From: an uncultured Oscillospiraceae bacterium
GTDB taxonomy: Bacteria > Bacillota > Clostridia > Oscillospirales > Acutalibacteraceae
Assembly: GCA_900542375.1 (NCBI GenBank)
Contig: UQNI01000001.1
Location: 2,821 to 66,820, forward strand
Length of the DNA stretch: 64,000 bases
Reading direction: 5' to 3'
Shown piece by piece: positions 21,223 to 30,760 of this stretch (position 1 is the stretch's first letter; each line of letters opens with the position of its first letter). The notes beneath the pieces were generated by a model. That model saw only the letters and a program-made list of their open reading frames with translations. It made no database searches and was not told where the DNA came from. The translations under genes and the position numbers were made by a program.

Positions 21223-22473
21223 TTGATATTTCAATCATTCTCAAAAAAACAGCTGCAGGCATTAAGCTGGTGGTATCGAGGCAGTCCGTATGCCTCTTAC
21301 ACAGCTGTTATTTGTGACGGTGCAGTCAGAAGCGGAAAAACCTTATGTATGAGTATTTCGTTTTTTCTCTGGGCTTTTTATCAATTTCAAAATCAATCGT
21401 TTGCCTTCTGCGGTAAAACCATACGCTCTTTAAGGCGGAATTTAATCACCCCTGTTTTACCGATTTTGAAGGAGTTGGGTTTTCAATGTCACATTCATTA
21501 TTCAGAAAATTGTTTGAGTGTAATCTTTCAAGGACGAAAAAATCGATTCTATTTGTTTGGCGGTAAAGATGAAGGTTCGGCAGCAATGATACAAGGTATT
21601 ACGTTAGCAGGTGTTATGTTTGATGAAGTTGCCTTGATGCCGCGCTCTTTTGTGGAGCAAGCTTTGGCAAGATGCTCTGTAGAAGAGGCAAAGTTTTGGT
21701 TCAACTGTAATCCGGAGCATCCTCAGCATTGGTTTTACCAAGAATGGATTTTAAAAACCAAACAAAAACAGGCGTTATATTTGCATTTTACAATGGAGGA
21801 TAATCCGTCGTTGTCCCCAAAGGTGCGTAAGCGCTATCATTCTTTGTATTCAGGTGCGTTTTATGAACGCTTTGTTTTGGGAAAATGGGTAGCGGTACAA
21901 GGTCTTATCTATCCTTTTATGACTCAAGATAGATTTTGCGATACACCGAAAGGAGCATTTGAGGAATATGTGGTATCCTGCGATTACGGCACCATTAATC
22001 CTTCCTCCTTTGGTTTGTGGGGAAAACAACAAGGGATTTGGTATCGTCTGGAGGAATATTACTATCATTCCCGTTTGACGGGGATGTCCCGCACGGATGA
22101 GGAACATTATGCAGGATTGGTAGCTTTAATCGCAGGTCGTCCGGTTGCCAAAATTGTGGTAGACCCATCTGCCGCCAGCTTTATTGCGGTTATTCAGCGT
22201 CATGGAGCGTATTTGGTTCTTCCTGCAAAGAATGACGTGGTAGATGGTATCCGTGCAGTGAGTGTTGCTTTAAAACAAGGGGATATCCGAATTTGCAATA
22301 CTTGTACGGATACGATTCGTGAATTTGGTTTATACCGCTGGAACGATTCCATGCACAAAGATATGCCGATTAAGGAAAATGACCACGCTATGGATGACAT
22401 TCGCTATTTTGTTTCTACCGTTTTATCAGAAAGAAGTGACGATTTTTTTGTTATGGCAACGCAGCGCTGTTGA
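21223..22473 (+). CDS. Phage terminase large subunit (PBSX XtmB-like)
   Basis: Walker A DGAVRSGKT, Walker B-like VMFDEV, C-terminal nuclease-like region with HAMDDIRY. TTG start directly after the terS stop. Confidence 0.85.
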   Translation: MIFQSFSKKQLQALSWWYRGSPYASYTAVICDGAVRSGKTLCMSISFFLWAFYQFQNQSFAFCGKTIRSLRRNLITPVLPILKELGFQCHIHYSENCLSVIFQGRKNRFYLFGGKDEGSAAMIQGITLAGVMFDEVALMPRSFVEQALARCSVEEAKFWFNCNPEHPQHWFYQEWILKTKQKQALYLHFTMEDNPSLSPKVRKRYHSLYSGAFYERFVLGKWVAVQGLIYPFMTQDRFCDTPKGAFEEYVVSCDYGTINPSSFGLWGKQQGIWYRLEEYYYHSRLTGMSRTDEEHYAGLVALIAGRPVAKIVVDPSAASFIAVIQRHGAYLVLPAKNDVVDGIRAVSVALKQGDIRICNTCTDTIREFGLYRWNDSMHKDMPIKENDHAMDDIRYFVSTVLSERSDDFFVMATQRC

Positions 22474-22518
22474 TTTATTTCAGTACGGCGCAGTCGACAT
22501 AGAAAATACCAACAACAG

Positions 22519-23748
22519 ATGATAGAGAAAAAAGAAGGGATTTTTTCATTGAATTTCATGAGAAAACAAGGACAAGAGGGGAAAAAGAAGAAAAAAGAAC
22601 AAGCTTTAGAAAGTAAGACAGTTGACGCTACCATGGCAGTCCAAACTGTTGGTAAACAAGATTATTTTGTTTGGCAATGTTGTGAGAATAACATTGCTGC
22701 GGAGCGGCAGCTTTATACTGCATTAAGAGGTGCAGTGCCGATTATTGATTCTGCCATTCATAAATTGCTTCGTATTATTGGAAATTTTACTGTGGAATGC
22801 GAGGATAAACAGGTGGAAAAAGAGCTGCATTCTTTTCTGGACCACGTAAAGGTGAATACGTATCAACAAGGTATTTACAGTTTTATCAGCTGCTATTTTG
22901 ACCAGTTGCTTACTTATGGTACAGCAGTTGCTGAGATAGTTCCTACCATAGGAGGCGATGATATTGGTGCATTGTATGTAGCTGATTTGGACAACATTGA
23001 TTTAATGCATAACGATAAAACGTTATCCGTGGATATTTATGTAAAAGATAACTTTGGGGAAAGAAAGCCGATTCCATATCCGGATTTGATTTTAATGACA
23101 GCACTCAATCCGCCTCACGGCAGTGCACATGGCGTTTCCATTTTAAGAGGGTTGCCGTTTGTCAGTGAAGTGCTTCTGAAAATTTATAAATCCATTGGTA
23201 TGAACTGGGACAGAGTTGGTAACGTCAGATTTGCAGTTACCTACAAACCGACCAGTGACCCCATGGACCGTGCGTATGCAAAAGAACGTGCACAGCAAAT
23301 TGCCACAGAGTGGAGCCGTGCTATGCGCAGCGGCGATATCAGTGATTTTGTGGCAGTGGGTGATGTAGGGATTAAAGTCATTGGCGCGGACAACCAGATT
23401 TTAGATAGTGAAGTACCTGTACGTCAGATGATGGAGCAGATTATTACAAGGCTTGGATTGCCCCCGTTTATTTTAGGATTGTCGTGGTCCTCGACCGAAA
23501 GAATGTCCAGCCAGCAGGCGGATGTTTTAACAAAAGAAATGGAAGCTTACCGTATGCTGCTGAACCCTTCTATTGAAAAAATATGTTCCCTTTGGCTTAC
23601 ACTGCATGGTTATGATACCTCTTTTGAAATTGTATGGGATACCATTACCATGCAGGACCGTGTAGAGGAAGCCGATGCCAGATTAAAACACGCACAAGCA
23701 GAGAAACTGGAATGGGAAACTGAAAAGGAAAAGGAGGGAAAACAGTGA
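22519..23748 (+). CDS. Phage portal protein
   Basis: Position after terL, ~400 aa in size, portal-like sequence. Exact start codon uncertain. Confidence 0.65.
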   Translation: MIEKKEGIFSLNFMRKQGQEGKKKKKEQALESKTVDATMAVQTVGKQDYFVWQCCENNIAAERQLYTALRGAVPIIDSAIHKLLRIIGNFTVECEDKQVEKELHSFLDHVKVNTYQQGIYSFISCYFDQLLTYGTAVAEIVPTIGGDDIGALYVADLDNIDLMHNDKTLSVDIYVKDNFGERKPIPYPDLILMTALNPPHGSAHGVSILRGLPFVSEVLLKIYKSIGMNWDRVGNVRFAVTYKPTSDPMDRAYAKERAQQIATEWSRAMRSGDISDFVAVGDVGIKVIGADNQILDSEVPVRQMMEQIITRLGLPPFILGLSWSSTERMSSQQADVLTKEMEAYRMLLNPSIEKICSLWLTLHGYDTSFEIVWDTITMQDRVEEADARLKHAQAEKLEWETEKEKEGKQ

Positions 23749-24734
23749 ACGGAGCCATTATCAAACATATGCAAACAGATATGACGCACGACTTGGAATG
23801 CATCAATCAATATACACGCAGGCCATTTACGGAACAGGAAGTATATACGTTTTCCGTGGTACTTTGTGACAACGAAATCGACCGTGATTTTGAACGGTTC
23901 AGTGTAGAAGCATTACATACGTTAAGTCAATTGTTTTTAGGAAAAACAGGCATTTTTGACCATAATATGAAAACAGGTAATCAAGCGGCGCGTATTTATG
24001 ATACAGCAATGGAAACTATGGAAGAAAAAATGACTTCTTATGGAGAACCGTATACTCGTTTGGTAGCAAAAGCATACTTGCCGCGATGTGAAAAAAACAC
24101 AGATTTGATTATGGAAATTGAAAGCGGTATGAAAAAAGAGGTAAGCGTAGGTTGTGCTGTTGCAGAGAGAATTTGTTCTGTTTGTGGTGCGAACCAAGTA
24201 TTCGCACCATGTAACCATAAACAGGGAAAGCGTTATGAAAAAAACGGAATAAAAGAAGTCTGCCACGTTGTTTTGAATCAGCCGACAGATGCATATGAAT
24301 GGTCTTTTGTGGCAGTACCTGCTCAGCGAGAGGCGGGGGTCATAAAGATGTTTGCAAAGACGAAAGGGGGAATGACGGTGGAACAAATCATTCAAAAAAT
24401 GAAAGAGACTCAAGAGGGGCTATTCCTTTCCGAAGAAGAAATCAGAAAAATGCTCAGACATCTGGAACAAATGGAAGAATATGCAGCGTGCGGAAAAGCA
24501 TACAGGGAAGAAGTAAGCCGCAATGTAGTCAAACTTTGCGGTTTGGCACAGCCTCAAATTTCTTCTGAGGTGATGAAGCGTGTGACAGAAGGTATGAGTT
24601 TAGATGATTTAAAAGTCTTTGAGAAGGCATTTCGCACAAAGGCGGAAGAAGTGATTCCACTTTCTCCGCAGTTGGCTGTGGCAAAAGAGAAAGAATACAA
24701 GAAAAACAGCCCAAATCAGGCATTTAAAATTTAA
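23745..24734 (+). CDS. Prohead protease / scaffold fusion (XkdF-like)
   Basis: GTGA overlap with the portal gene. N-terminal protease-like motifs (GIFDHNM, KKEVSVGC). The C-terminal half is helical and charged, like a scaffold. Confidence 0.55.
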   Translation: MNGAIIKHMQTDMTHDLECINQYTRRPFTEQEVYTFSVVLCDNEIDRDFERFSVEALHTLSQLFLGKTGIFDHNMKTGNQAARIYDTAMETMEEKMTSYGEPYTRLVAKAYLPRCEKNTDLIMEIESGMKKEVSVGCAVAERICSVCGANQVFAPCNHKQGKRYEKNGIKEVCHVVLNQPTDAYEWSFVAVPAQREAGVIKMFAKTKGGMTVEQIIQKMKETQEGLFLSEEEIRKMLRHLEQMEEYAACGKAYREEVSRNVVKLCGLAQPQISSEVMKRVTEGMSLDDLKVFEKAFRTKAEEVIPLSPQLAVAKEKEYKKNSPNQAFKI

Positions 24735-24746
24735 GGAGTTGAATAT

Positions 24747-25088
24747 ATGAAAGTGTCATTAAACGGTTACGGTGAAAGCGTAACTACATTTGAAGCAGAA
24801 GACAGTGTAAGAGCGGGTTATCCTGTTAAAATGACCGGTAACGGCAAAGTTGGTTTATGTACGGCCAAAGAAGCATTTTGTGGTATTGCACTCAATGTCA
24901 GAAATGGTTTTGCAGCAGTACAGCTGCAGGGTTACTATAGTGGGTTGCCATACACAGGTTCCGGTATGAAGGTTGGAATCTTAAAACTTGGCGCTACTTC
25001 TGATAAGGCGGAAGTATCTGAAACAGGTAAAGAGTGTCTGGTAGTAGATATAGACAGTGAATCTTCTACCTGCGGTATTATTCTTTAA
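24747..25088 (+). CDS. Small head-associated protein (DUF2190-like or decoration protein?)
   Basis: 113-aa ORF between the protease/scaffold and the major capsid gene. Function inferred from position only. Confidence 0.4.
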   Translation: MKVSLNGYGESVTTFEAEDSVRAGYPVKMTGNGKVGLCTAKEAFCGIALNVRNGFAAVQLQGYYSGLPYTGSGMKVGILKLGATSDKAEVSETGKECLVVDIDSESSTCGIIL

Positions 25089-25106
25089 TTGGAAAGGGAG
25101 AATCAA

Positions 25107-26117
25107 ATGGCTTTTTATGATAATTTAAAATTGGAAAAAGGAATGTACAATTCCGGTAATAAAAGTTTTACACAAGTATTGGAAGAACTGGACTGTTCCA
25201 AAAACTATGAAGGAACAGAGTTGGAAGGTTTGGATGCTTATCAGCGTCAATTAAAACGTTTTGACATTAAAGTAGGAGGCAGAAGCTCCGATGCGGTAGA
25301 AAAATTTTTCCAAACCAGTGACAGCGCTGCCTTGTTTCCCGAATATGTAACACGTGCAGTAAAGCAAGGTATGGAGTATGCGAATTTACTGCCTTCTATT
25401 GTGGCCACCACTACTACAATTCAGTCTATGGATTACAGAACCATTACAGCGTCTCCCAGTGAGGATGACAAAGAATTAAAGCCTGTGGTGGAAGGTGCCC
25501 AAATCCCTCAAACCGTAGTCAGAACACAAGATAATCTGGTAAAACTTCATAAAAGAGGCAGAATGCTGGTGTCCTCCTATGAGGCGTTGCGTTTCCAGAA
25601 ATTAGACTTATTTACGGTGACATTACGTCAAATTGGCGCGTATATCGCCAGAGCACAATTGAAAGACGCAGTAGATGTCTTGCTCAACGGTGACGGAAAC
25701 GACAATGCGCTAACACCTACCTCTTTATCTTCAAAACCTACTTATACGGATATTGTAAAACTCTGGGGTGAATTGGCTCCATATGAACTAAACACCATGT
25801 TAGCATCGACTGTAACCATGCAGGATTTATTAAATATTGACGAATTTAAAGATGCAACAGCAGGTTTGAATTTTCAAGGTACAGGCAAACTTGTCACACC
25901 TTTGGGAGCGAATTTGCTTCATGTTCCGTCTTTGAAAGACAAAACCATTATTGGTCTTGATAAAAATTGTGCATTGGAAATGGTACAAGCAGGTGATGTT
26001 ATCACAGATTATGATAAACTGATTGACCGTCAATTGGAACGTGCAACCATCAGTACCATTGCAGGCTTTGCAAAAATCTTTACAGGCGCTGCAAAAGCGG
26101 CTTCTTATACTGCTTAA
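25107..26117 (+). CDS. Major capsid protein (HK97-fold, XkdG-like)
   Basis: GGGAG RBS. ~336 aa. Position and sequence pattern typical of PBSX-like major capsid proteins. Confidence 0.7.
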   Translation: MAFYDNLKLEKGMYNSGNKSFTQVLEELDCSKNYEGTELEGLDAYQRQLKRFDIKVGGRSSDAVEKFFQTSDSAALFPEYVTRAVKQGMEYANLLPSIVATTTTIQSMDYRTITASPSEDDKELKPVVEGAQIPQTVVRTQDNLVKLHKRGRMLVSSYEALRFQKLDLFTVTLRQIGAYIARAQLKDAVDVLLNGDGNDNALTPTSLSSKPTYTDIVKLWGELAPYELNTMLASTVTMQDLLNIDEFKDATAGLNFQGTGKLVTPLGANLLHVPSLKDKTIIGLDKNCALEMVQAGDVITDYDKLIDRQLERATISTIAGFAKIFTGAAKAASYTA

Positions 26118-26129
26118 TTAGGTTTTATT

Positions 26130-26486
26130 ATGGAAGAAGTATTGAGAAGGTTTGCAAGACTTGCAGGACTGACAGTGGAGGAAGCGGAACAATGGCAGGA
26201 TCTTTGCGGTGACGCTTATGTTTTGCTGGAATCACAAAGAAAAAAACAGAAAGATGCTTCTTGTGTTGGAGATTTGGTTTGTGCTGCTGCCGCTGCGTTG
26301 GCATTTTACCAATATACATTACATCAAAATGCTGCAGGTCAAGCTGATTTTACCGTAGGAGATGTGCGCATTTCTCACAACAGCAAAAGTGTGGAGTGGG
26401 CAAAAGATTTTTGGCTTGAGGCGCGCAGTCATGCTGCTCCGTTATTGAAAGACCCGGATTTTGGTTTTTGGGAGATGAAAATATGA
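26130..26486 (+). CDS. Head-tail connector (gp6-like) protein
   Basis: 118 aa, immediately after the capsid gene. Helical N-terminus typical of head-tail connector / DNA-packaging proteins. Confidence 0.4.
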   Translation: MEEVLRRFARLAGLTVEEAEQWQDLCGDAYVLLESQRKKQKDASCVGDLVCAAAAALAFYQYTLHQNAAGQADFTVGDVRISHNSKSVEWAKDFWLEARSHAAPLLKDPDFGFWEMKI

Positions 26487-26824
26487 AAAAAAGTGCGTAT
26501 TTAAAAACTATGTTTCAAACATACGGAAATGAGATTACGGTGTACCCAAAATATAAAAAAGAATATCAAGTAAAAGGATTTATTCGCCCGTTGTCTTTTC
26601 AACATTTACCTTCTTCCAATGAGCTGGGCATTCCTTTTGACCATACGGATGACGGCGGTTACTTGTATCTTGGTCCGGCTGAATACCGCATTGACAGGGA
26701 ATTGGAGGAAACCAAACTGGAACAGGATGACGTCCTATATTGGGTTACAAAATCCAGGGCAGTCTATCTGCAAAATGAGCCAATCTATGTTTGTGCGATA
26801 CTGCAGAAAGTTGTAGCATCGTAG
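26483..26824 (+). CDS. Head closure / head-tail adaptor protein
   Basis: ATGA overlap with the preceding ORF. 113 aa. Phage_H_T_join-like pattern (ITVYP ... YRIDRE ... YWVTKS). Confidence 0.4.
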   Translation: MKKSAYLKTMFQTYGNEITVYPKYKKEYQVKGFIRPLSFQHLPSSNELGIPFDHTDDGGYLYLGPAEYRIDRELEETKLEQDDVLYWVTKSRAVYLQNEPIYVCAILQKVVAS

Positions 26825-26837
26825 AAGGAGAATCGTT

Positions 26838-26966
26838 ATGGAAGAATTATGGAATCAAACACCAAAAGATATTTTTGATACCAACACTGTCTCATCTGTT
26901 TCTGACCAATTGGAGCAAGATTATCGCAGATATGCACATAAGTTAGACGAAGAGGTGATTGGTTAG
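26838..26966 (+). CDS. 42-aa hypothetical protein (absent from the ORF track)
   Basis: My translation is MEELWNQTPKDIFDTNTVSSVSDQLEQDYRRYAHKLDEEVIG. RBS GAAGGAG upstream. Its stop overlaps the next start (TAGTG). Confidence 0.35.
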   Translation: MEELWNQTPKDIFDTNTVSSVSDQLEQDYRRYAHKLDEEVIG

Positions 26967-27496
26967 TGGTACCTCTTATGAAATTCAAAGATTTTATATG
27001 GAGTAAAAATCCCGAAACATTCAATATTTCTATTACAAGAGACATTAAGGAATTGTCGATTCCTTTTCATGGTTCCGTGATGCAGGATTACGGAGAACAG
27101 AAACGAATAATCAAAGGAGAAGGCGAGTTTTCGGGAAAACGATGTATGGAGACATATCAAAAGCTGGCAGCATTGTTTGAAAGCGGAGAAAGCGGCGTAT
27201 TATCATTGCCTAATTTTCCTGCTTTCATTGCAAAGCCTGTTTCTCTTTCTTATATGACTGTAACAAGACCGGATATTCTCCGTTATCAGTTTGTATTCTG
27301 GGAAGACAGCAAAAATTCTGTTTCAGTACCTGAAATCTCCCGGTTTCGTATGCATGTTACGGTGAAAGAAGACGGAGAAAATTTATGGACCATTGCACAA
27401 AAGGAACACACAACGGTAGAAGAACTGCTTCGGCTCAATCCCCACATTGTATGGCCCAGTTATTTAACAGAAGGTTTGCAGGTGACTTTGCCATGA
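26966..27496 (+). CDS. LysM-domain tail/baseplate protein (XkdP-like)
   Basis: C-terminal LysM HVTVKEDGENLWTIAQKEHTTVEELLRLNPHI...GLQVTLP. GTG start after GAGGTG. Confidence 0.65.
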   Translation: MVPLMKFKDFIWSKNPETFNISITRDIKELSIPFHGSVMQDYGEQKRIIKGEGEFSGKRCMETYQKLAALFESGESGVLSLPNFPAFIAKPVSLSYMTVTRPDILRYQFVFWEDSKNSVSVPEISRFRMHVTVKEDGENLWTIAQKEHTTVEELLRLNPHIVWPSYLTEGLQVTLP

Positions 27497-28416
27497 ACTA
27501 TTGCTGCTATACGGTAAGTGGTAAAAAAGTTGCATTATTGCCTCCTATTTCTGTTCAAATCAATGTGCATGAAGATGCTCCTGCCGATGATATGACGGTT
27601 ATATTCCCGCTTATAGAACAAGTGCCAAAGATAGCAACTATACGTGTTTGGAATGGTGAAAAACCAATATTTTCAGGAATCATAGATGAGCAAATCATGG
27701 GAGTGACAAAAAATGGAGCCATGTTAAAATTAATTGCTCGCAGCAGGGCAGCATTGCTTTTGGATAACGAAGCCATGCCACAGGAATATCACTATCCTTC
27801 CTTGACTCAACTGTATGAACGACACGTAGAACCGTATGGATTTTGTGGCTTTATCGGCAATGGGGGAACGTTTGATACAAAGATGACCATCACCAAAGGA
27901 ATGAGTGAATGGCAAGTCATTGAAGAGTTTTGTGTCAGATGCTTTGGAACGATTCCTTTTGTAACAGCTGACGATTATATTGATTGCAGCGGGGCAGTCC
28001 CAAACGAGCAGCTGGTATTTGATAACAGCGATGCGTCGTGTATCCCTTATTTGTCGATTCTTTATCGTGATAAATTTTATAAACGAGTCAGTGAATTGTA
28101 TATACAGCCAAAGCTGGGACAGGCATATACTTCTGTTGTGCATGATGACCAAGCACATAAATTAGGTGTACAGCGCAGACGATTTGTGGTCTCCAATAAT
28201 TATAGAGGAACACGCATGATTGACAGTGCAAAACGAAAGGCAGTAGAAGTAACGGTTGTATGTGCGGGAGGCATTTGTGGTTCTTTAAAAATGCCTGTTG
28301 TTATTTCCGATGCGATTTTGGGTACCATTGATAAATTGAGTATTGCAGGCTGGACCTATACGCTGAACAGTAATGGGGAACGCTGTGAATATTTGCTGAG
28401 AAAAGAAGATATTTAA
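27493..28416 (+). CDS. Baseplate hub protein (XkdQ / P2 gpD / Mu gp44-like)
   Basis: ATGA overlap with the LysM gene. ~307 aa. Position and size match XkdQ. Confidence 0.55.
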   Translation: MNYCCYTVSGKKVALLPPISVQINVHEDAPADDMTVIFPLIEQVPKIATIRVWNGEKPIFSGIIDEQIMGVTKNGAMLKLIARSRAALLLDNEAMPQEYHYPSLTQLYERHVEPYGFCGFIGNGGTFDTKMTITKGMSEWQVIEEFCVRCFGTIPFVTADDYIDCSGAVPNEQLVFDNSDASCIPYLSILYRDKFYKRVSELYIQPKLGQAYTSVVHDDQAHKLGVQRRRFVVSNNYRGTRMIDSAKRKAVEVTVVCAGGICGSLKMPVVISDAILGTIDKLSIAGWTYTLNSNGERCEYLLRKEDI

Positions 28417-28438
28417 TGATAAGAAATGAGTTGATACG

Positions 28439-28783
28439 ATGTGGATTTCACAAAAAGTAGGCGCTTTGGAACAACCGAGCGCCCAGATACAAGTAGGGGA
28501 AGTACTTAGTAATACAGGCAGTCTTTCCATACAGGCTGTGGGACAATACAGTGCAGTGCCCCTAGCGGCTCCGTTTGGAATTACTTATGTACCGCCCAAA
28601 GGAACAAAGGTAGTTTTGTTGGAAGAAGAGGATACGGTATTGTGTACGGGGGCAATTTCCGAGTCTATAAATTTATCTGAAGGGGAACTGATGCTGCGTT
28701 CTTCAGGCGGAGCATATATCTACTTGAAGAATAACGGAGATATTGTCATAAATGGACAAGTATTTCCTCTGCAATCAACTTGA
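28439..28783 (+). CDS. Baseplate spike/hub protein (XkdR / gpV / Mu gp45-like)
   Basis: 114 aa. GELMLRSSGGAYIYLKNNGDIVINGQ resembles gpV/gp45-type baseplate assembly proteins. Confidence 0.5.
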   Translation: MWISQKVGALEQPSAQIQVGEVLSNTGSLSIQAVGQYSAVPLAAPFGITYVPPKGTKVVLLEEEDTVLCTGAISESINLSEGELMLRSSGGAYIYLKNNGDIVINGQVFPLQST

Positions 28784-29120
28784 GGAGGGGATTTCCATAG
28801 ACAGTTTGATACAAAACGGGGATACGTCTGCCATTTTAGTCAGCGGCAGGCGGGAGTTATTGCAGCGAGTTTGGATACAGCTGACAGCGCATCGAGGGGA
28901 ATTTCCTTACTGCGGAACGCTGGGCAGCAGATTGTACCAAATTGCTGCAAGCGATTCCAAATGTGAACAGAAGGTATTGGAAGCAATAGAAGAAGCATTG
29001 GAGTTCATACCGCAGGTTAGGGTAAAAGATGTAGTCATTGCAGAGAAAACAATTACAGTTTATATAGAAACGGAATACGGAGACGACGCTTTACAGTTTT
29101 CACTGAAAGGAGGAGAGTAA
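28752..29120 (+). CDS. Baseplate wedge protein (XkdS / GPW-gp25-like); start uncertain
   Basis: About 120 aa, immediately upstream of the Baseplate_J gene. LLQRVWIQLTAHRGEFPYCGTLGSRL is gp25/W-like. Confidence 0.55.
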   Translation: MDKYFLCNQLEEGISIDSLIQNGDTSAILVSGRRELLQRVWIQLTAHRGEFPYCGTLGSRLYQIAASDSKCEQKVLEAIEEALEFIPQVRVKDVVIAEKTITVYIETEYGDDALQFSLKGGE

Positions 29121-30185
29121 ATGGAAACGTATGAGGAAATTTTAGAAAGAATGAAACAAACCTTTGCACAGCAAGCAGGTTATGAAGTAGAAAAAAACAG
29201 TGATTTGGAAATACGAATGCAAGTATTGGCAGGAGAACTTTACAGTTCATTTGCAAACATAGAATGGTTAAAGCGTCAGGTATTTCCTCAAACAGCTACG
29301 GGAGAATATTTGACGATGCACGGCACACAAAGAGGACTTGTGAGAAAGGAGTCTCAAGCGGCAGTAGGAAGTTTAACTTTTTCCAGAACCAGTGCGCTGA
29401 GTTATGATTTGCCCATTCCCGTTGGAACTGTTTGTGCTGTAGATAAAGAGGATACGGTACGATATATTACAACAGAAGAGGCAACCTTAAAGGCAAATGA
29501 ATTGAGCGTGACTGTAAAAGCAAAGGCGAAAGAAGGAGGCCGTAACGGTAACACGGCTGAAAATACCATTCAAATTATGATTACTCCTCCTTCCGGAATT
29601 AAGGCAGTGACAAATGCAGAACCATTTATTGGCGGCATGGATGCTGAAGATGACAATGCATTTCGTGCACGTTTATTAAAAAGTTACGCAAATATTTCCA
29701 ATGGAACCAATGCTGCATTTTACAGGGAATTGGCAATGAAACATCCGTCCGTTTATTCCGCAGGTGTAGTTGCAAAAGATGACGGAGTTGGAACGGTTTC
29801 CGTATATGTGGCTACCAGAGGCGGCGTGCCGTCTGATGAAGTCATAGAAGAATTACAAAACCAATTCGATGAAGCAAGGGAATTAAATGTAGCGGTAACC
29901 GTAAAACCGGCGGTTTTACAAAAGATACCGCTGCGGATTCAAATCAAGCCTGCAGAGCAGTATTCGTTTGAGCAGGCCAAAGAGATTTGTATGCAAGTCG
30001 TTGATGATTATTTTGCGCAGATGCATATTGGTGGTATTTTCCGTGTTGCTGAATTATGTAGGAACATGTTGGAATCGGGTGCGATTGTCAATCACTTTAC
30101 ACCTCCGGGAGAAGATTTTTCAACGCCGCAAAATAAATTGGTTGTGAAAGGCAATATTATCATTGAGGAAGGCGGCGTGATATAA
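29121..30185 (+). CDS. Baseplate J-like protein (XkdT / P2 gpJ / Mu gp47)
   Basis: 354 aa. N-terminus METYEEILERMK ... DLEIRMQVLAGELY and overall pattern typical of Baseplate_J. Confidence 0.8.
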   Translation: METYEEILERMKQTFAQQAGYEVEKNSDLEIRMQVLAGELYSSFANIEWLKRQVFPQTATGEYLTMHGTQRGLVRKESQAAVGSLTFSRTSALSYDLPIPVGTVCAVDKEDTVRYITTEEATLKANELSVTVKAKAKEGGRNGNTAENTIQIMITPPSGIKAVTNAEPFIGGMDAEDDNAFRARLLKSYANISNGTNAAFYRELAMKHPSVYSAGVVAKDDGVGTVSVYVATRGGVPSDEVIEELQNQFDEARELNVAVTVKPAVLQKIPLRIQIKPAEQYSFEQAKEICMQVVDDYFAQMHIGGIFRVAELCRNMLESGAIVNHFTPPGEDFSTPQNKLVVKGNIIIEEGGVI

Positions 30186-30186
30186 G

Positions 30187-30672
30187 TTGAGTATTTCATT
30201 TACAGCAATGCAAAATGCTTTGCTTGCAAACGGAATGTATGAAATCACAGAAGATACAAGACTATATGCAGAATTAAAAGCTTATGATGCCGGCTTTCAA
30301 ACGCTGCATGACCAACTGGATGAATTATTGCAGGAAGCATTGATTCCAACAGCGGTTTCTTATGGTTTAGAAGAAAAAGAATTGTTATTTGGTTTGCATC
30401 TCAGCTCCTGCACGGAAGAAGAAAGAAGAAAACTGTTATGCATGCGTGGTGCCGTTAATGTAAATTCCTTTAGCAAAGCGGACTTTTTGAACATATTACA
30501 ATCAGGAGGGATTGAGGCTGAAGTGACCGAATCTCCAAGCACACAGCATATAGGCGTACAGGTGTTGTCTGTAAAAGACGGCCAAACACAGCAAGATACG
30601 CAAAAAGCTGTTTCTGATTACATCCCTGCTCATGTGGAATGTACGGTTACATTTGCAAGTGAAGCAGAATGA
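30187..30672 (+). CDS. XkdU / P2 gpI-like baseplate protein (DUF2313-like)
   Basis: 161 aa directly after Baseplate_J. TTG start. Position and size match XkdU. Confidence 0.5.
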   Translation: MSISFTAMQNALLANGMYEITEDTRLYAELKAYDAGFQTLHDQLDELLQEALIPTAVSYGLEEKELLFGLHLSSCTEEERRKLLCMRGAVNVNSFSKADFLNILQSGGIEAEVTESPSTQHIGVQVLSVKDGQTQQDTQKAVSDYIPAHVECTVTFASEAE

Positions 30673-30731
30673 TTTGGATGTTTGAGTGTATAAGTATCAA
30701 AATTTTGGGTTAAATAAAATAGAGAAACAGG

Positions 30732-30760
30732 TTGGGGCAATGTTTGGCATTGCCCCAATT
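30732..30760 (+). terminator. Hairpin closing the phage-derived operon
   Basis: TTGGGGCAATG-loop-CATTGCCCCAA, with a weak T tract. Confidence 0.5.

Larger units (their letters stand above)
20908..30672 (+). mobile_element. Phage-derived gene cluster: head module plus PBSX/Mu-type baseplate module, with no tail shaft, fibres, lysis genes, integrase or regulators
   Basis: 15 co-directional, tightly packed or overlapping ORFs with phage structural signatures. Bounded by the htrA terminator on the left and a hairpin at 30732-30760 on the right. Confidence 0.85.
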
